This document shows, in pieces, positions 33,845-34,969 of a DNA stretch of 34,969 nucleotides. Below the pieces are notes generated by a model. It saw nothing but the letters and a program-made list of their open reading frames with translations. It made no database searches and was not told the origin of the DNA. How positions within the stretch are numbered: the first letter of the stretch is position 1; every line of letters starts with the position of its first letter. The DNA is from Candidatus Methylomirabilis sp. (GTDB taxonomy: Bacteria; Methylomirabilota; Methylomirabilia; Methylomirabilales; Methylomirabilaceae), in assembly GCA_041498975.1 (NCBI GenBank), contig JBGQJI010000007.1, positions 1 through 34,969 of the forward strand, in the 5' to 3' direction. A program made the position numbers and the translations under genes.

Positions 33845-34969
33845 GCTGTTCGTGGGGCTGCGCTATCTGAAGGCGAGGCGGAAGCAGGCCTTCATCTCAC
33901 TGATCACGCTGATCTCCATCGGCGGGGTGGCCCTTGGCGTGATGGCGCTCATCGTCGTCCTGGCGGTGATGAGCGGGTTCGAACACGACCTGCGCGGGAA
34001 GATCCTGGGGACGAACGCCCACCTTTGGGTCCTGCGGTATGGAGATCGGGGGATCGAGGAGCCGGCTCAGGCGTTGGAACAGATTCGCGGCGTTCCACAC
34101 GTCGTGGCGGCCTCCCCCTTCACCTACAATCAGGTGATGCTGAGCACCGATCGAGGGGCTGGGGGGGCGGTCCTCCGTGGCATAGATCTGAACTCTGCGC
34201 AGGAGGTGACCGCGCTGACCAAGAGTTTCACCGAGGTCGATCCTGCGCGGCTGAAAGCGCCGACCAGAACAACCGGATGGCGTCTAGACCCCGACGGGAT
34301 CATCATCGGACGTGCCCTGGCGACGAACCTGGGGGCCGGCCTCGGCGCCAGGGTCAACGTCATCTCTCCTTTCGGAAACGTGCTGACGCCCTTCGGGCTG
34401 GCGCCTCGGATGAGAGGCTTCACCGTGGCCGGGATCTTCGAGATGGGGATGTATGAGTACGACAGCACCCTCGCCTACGTGACCATCCCAACGGCCCAGC
34501 AGTTCTTCCGGATCGGTACGGCGGTGACGGGATTCGAGGTCAAGGTGGACGATCTGTACAGGGCGAAGGAGGTGGGAACTGAGATACAGCGGCGGCTCGG
34601 CTTCCCCTATTTTACCAGGGACTGGATGCAACTCCACCGGAACCTGTTCGCCGCCCTGAAGCTCGAAAAGATCGCCATGTTTATCATCCTCGCGATGATC
34701 GTCCTGGTGGCGGCCTCCAATATCGTGAGCACGCTGATCATGAAGGTGATGGACAAGGGGGCGGAGATCGGGATTTTAAAGTCGATGGGCGCGACGTCCA
34801 GGAGCATCATGTCGATCTTCATGGTGGAGGGAGTGGTGATCGGGTTCGTCGGCACCGTGTTGGGGACTGGGGCCGGGGCCATCATCTGCAAGGTCCAGGA
34901 GACTTATAAGATCGTCAGGCTCCGTGGCGACGTCTATCTGCTCGATGCGCTCCCGATCTTGATGAAAGG
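33834..34969 (+). CDS. lolC: Lipoprotein-releasing ABC transporter permease LolC/LolE family; 3' end runs off the window
   Basis: [50 protein letters not shown]...[10 protein letters not shown]...[10 protein letters not shown]; open to the window end and absent from the ORF track. Confidence 0.92.
   Translation, partial: MPFELFVGLRYLKARRKQAFISLITLISIGGVALGVMALIVVLAVMSGFEHDLRGKILGTNAHLWVLRYGDRGIEEPAQALEQIRGVPHVVAASPFTYNQVMLSTDRGAGGAVLRGIDLNSAQEVTALTKSFTEVDPARLKAPTRTTGWRLDPDGIIIGRALATNLGAGLGARVNVISPFGNVLTPFGLAPRMRGFTVAGIFEMGMYEYDSTLAYVTIPTAQQFFRIGTAVTGFEVKVDDLYRAKEVGTEIQRRLGFPYFTRDWMQLHRNLFAALKLEKIAMFIILAMIVLVAASNIVSTLIMKVMDKGAEIGILKSMGATSRSIMSIFMVEGVVIGFVGTVLGTGAGAIICKVQETYKIVRLRGDVYLLDALPILMK

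Overview
High-GC bacterial chromosomal window. It is mostly housekeeping genes: argS 3' end, alaC, purF, hppA, ilvE, valS, birA, coaX, rplM-rpsI, argC-argJ, rpsB-tsf-pyrH-frr-cdsA-lnt-prfB, lysS and a lolC/E 5' part. Gene order and repeat types tentatively suggest an NC10/Methylomirabilota- or deltaproteobacterial-like organism (inference only). Three accessory patches interrupt the backbone. (1) A ~2.2-kb islet sits between argS and a diverged copy of the argS 3' end; it carries a Cys-rich exported orphan, a TPR gene bracketed by 28-bp direct repeats, and hemY and MFS gene fragments. (2) An AT-richer glycerate-kinase-family gene lies behind a promoter with a perfect 18-bp palindrome. (3) An integrase-less integron cassette remnant lies between prfB and lysS, with two attC sites, an orphan chimeric hicB and a phosphodiesterase-family cassette; the second attC appears to be cut at GT^T by the 5' end of a group IIC intron on the top strand. 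The backbone also encodes apparent homologues of both subunits of the Myxococcus RomR/RomX polarity GEF and a TatA with a C-terminal zinc ribbon. prfB has the CTTTGAC +1 frameshift, and several families of palindromic REP-like repeats are present. No CRISPR array, rRNA, tRNA, integrase or transposase gene was seen. All family assignments come from motif recognition by eye, not database searches.
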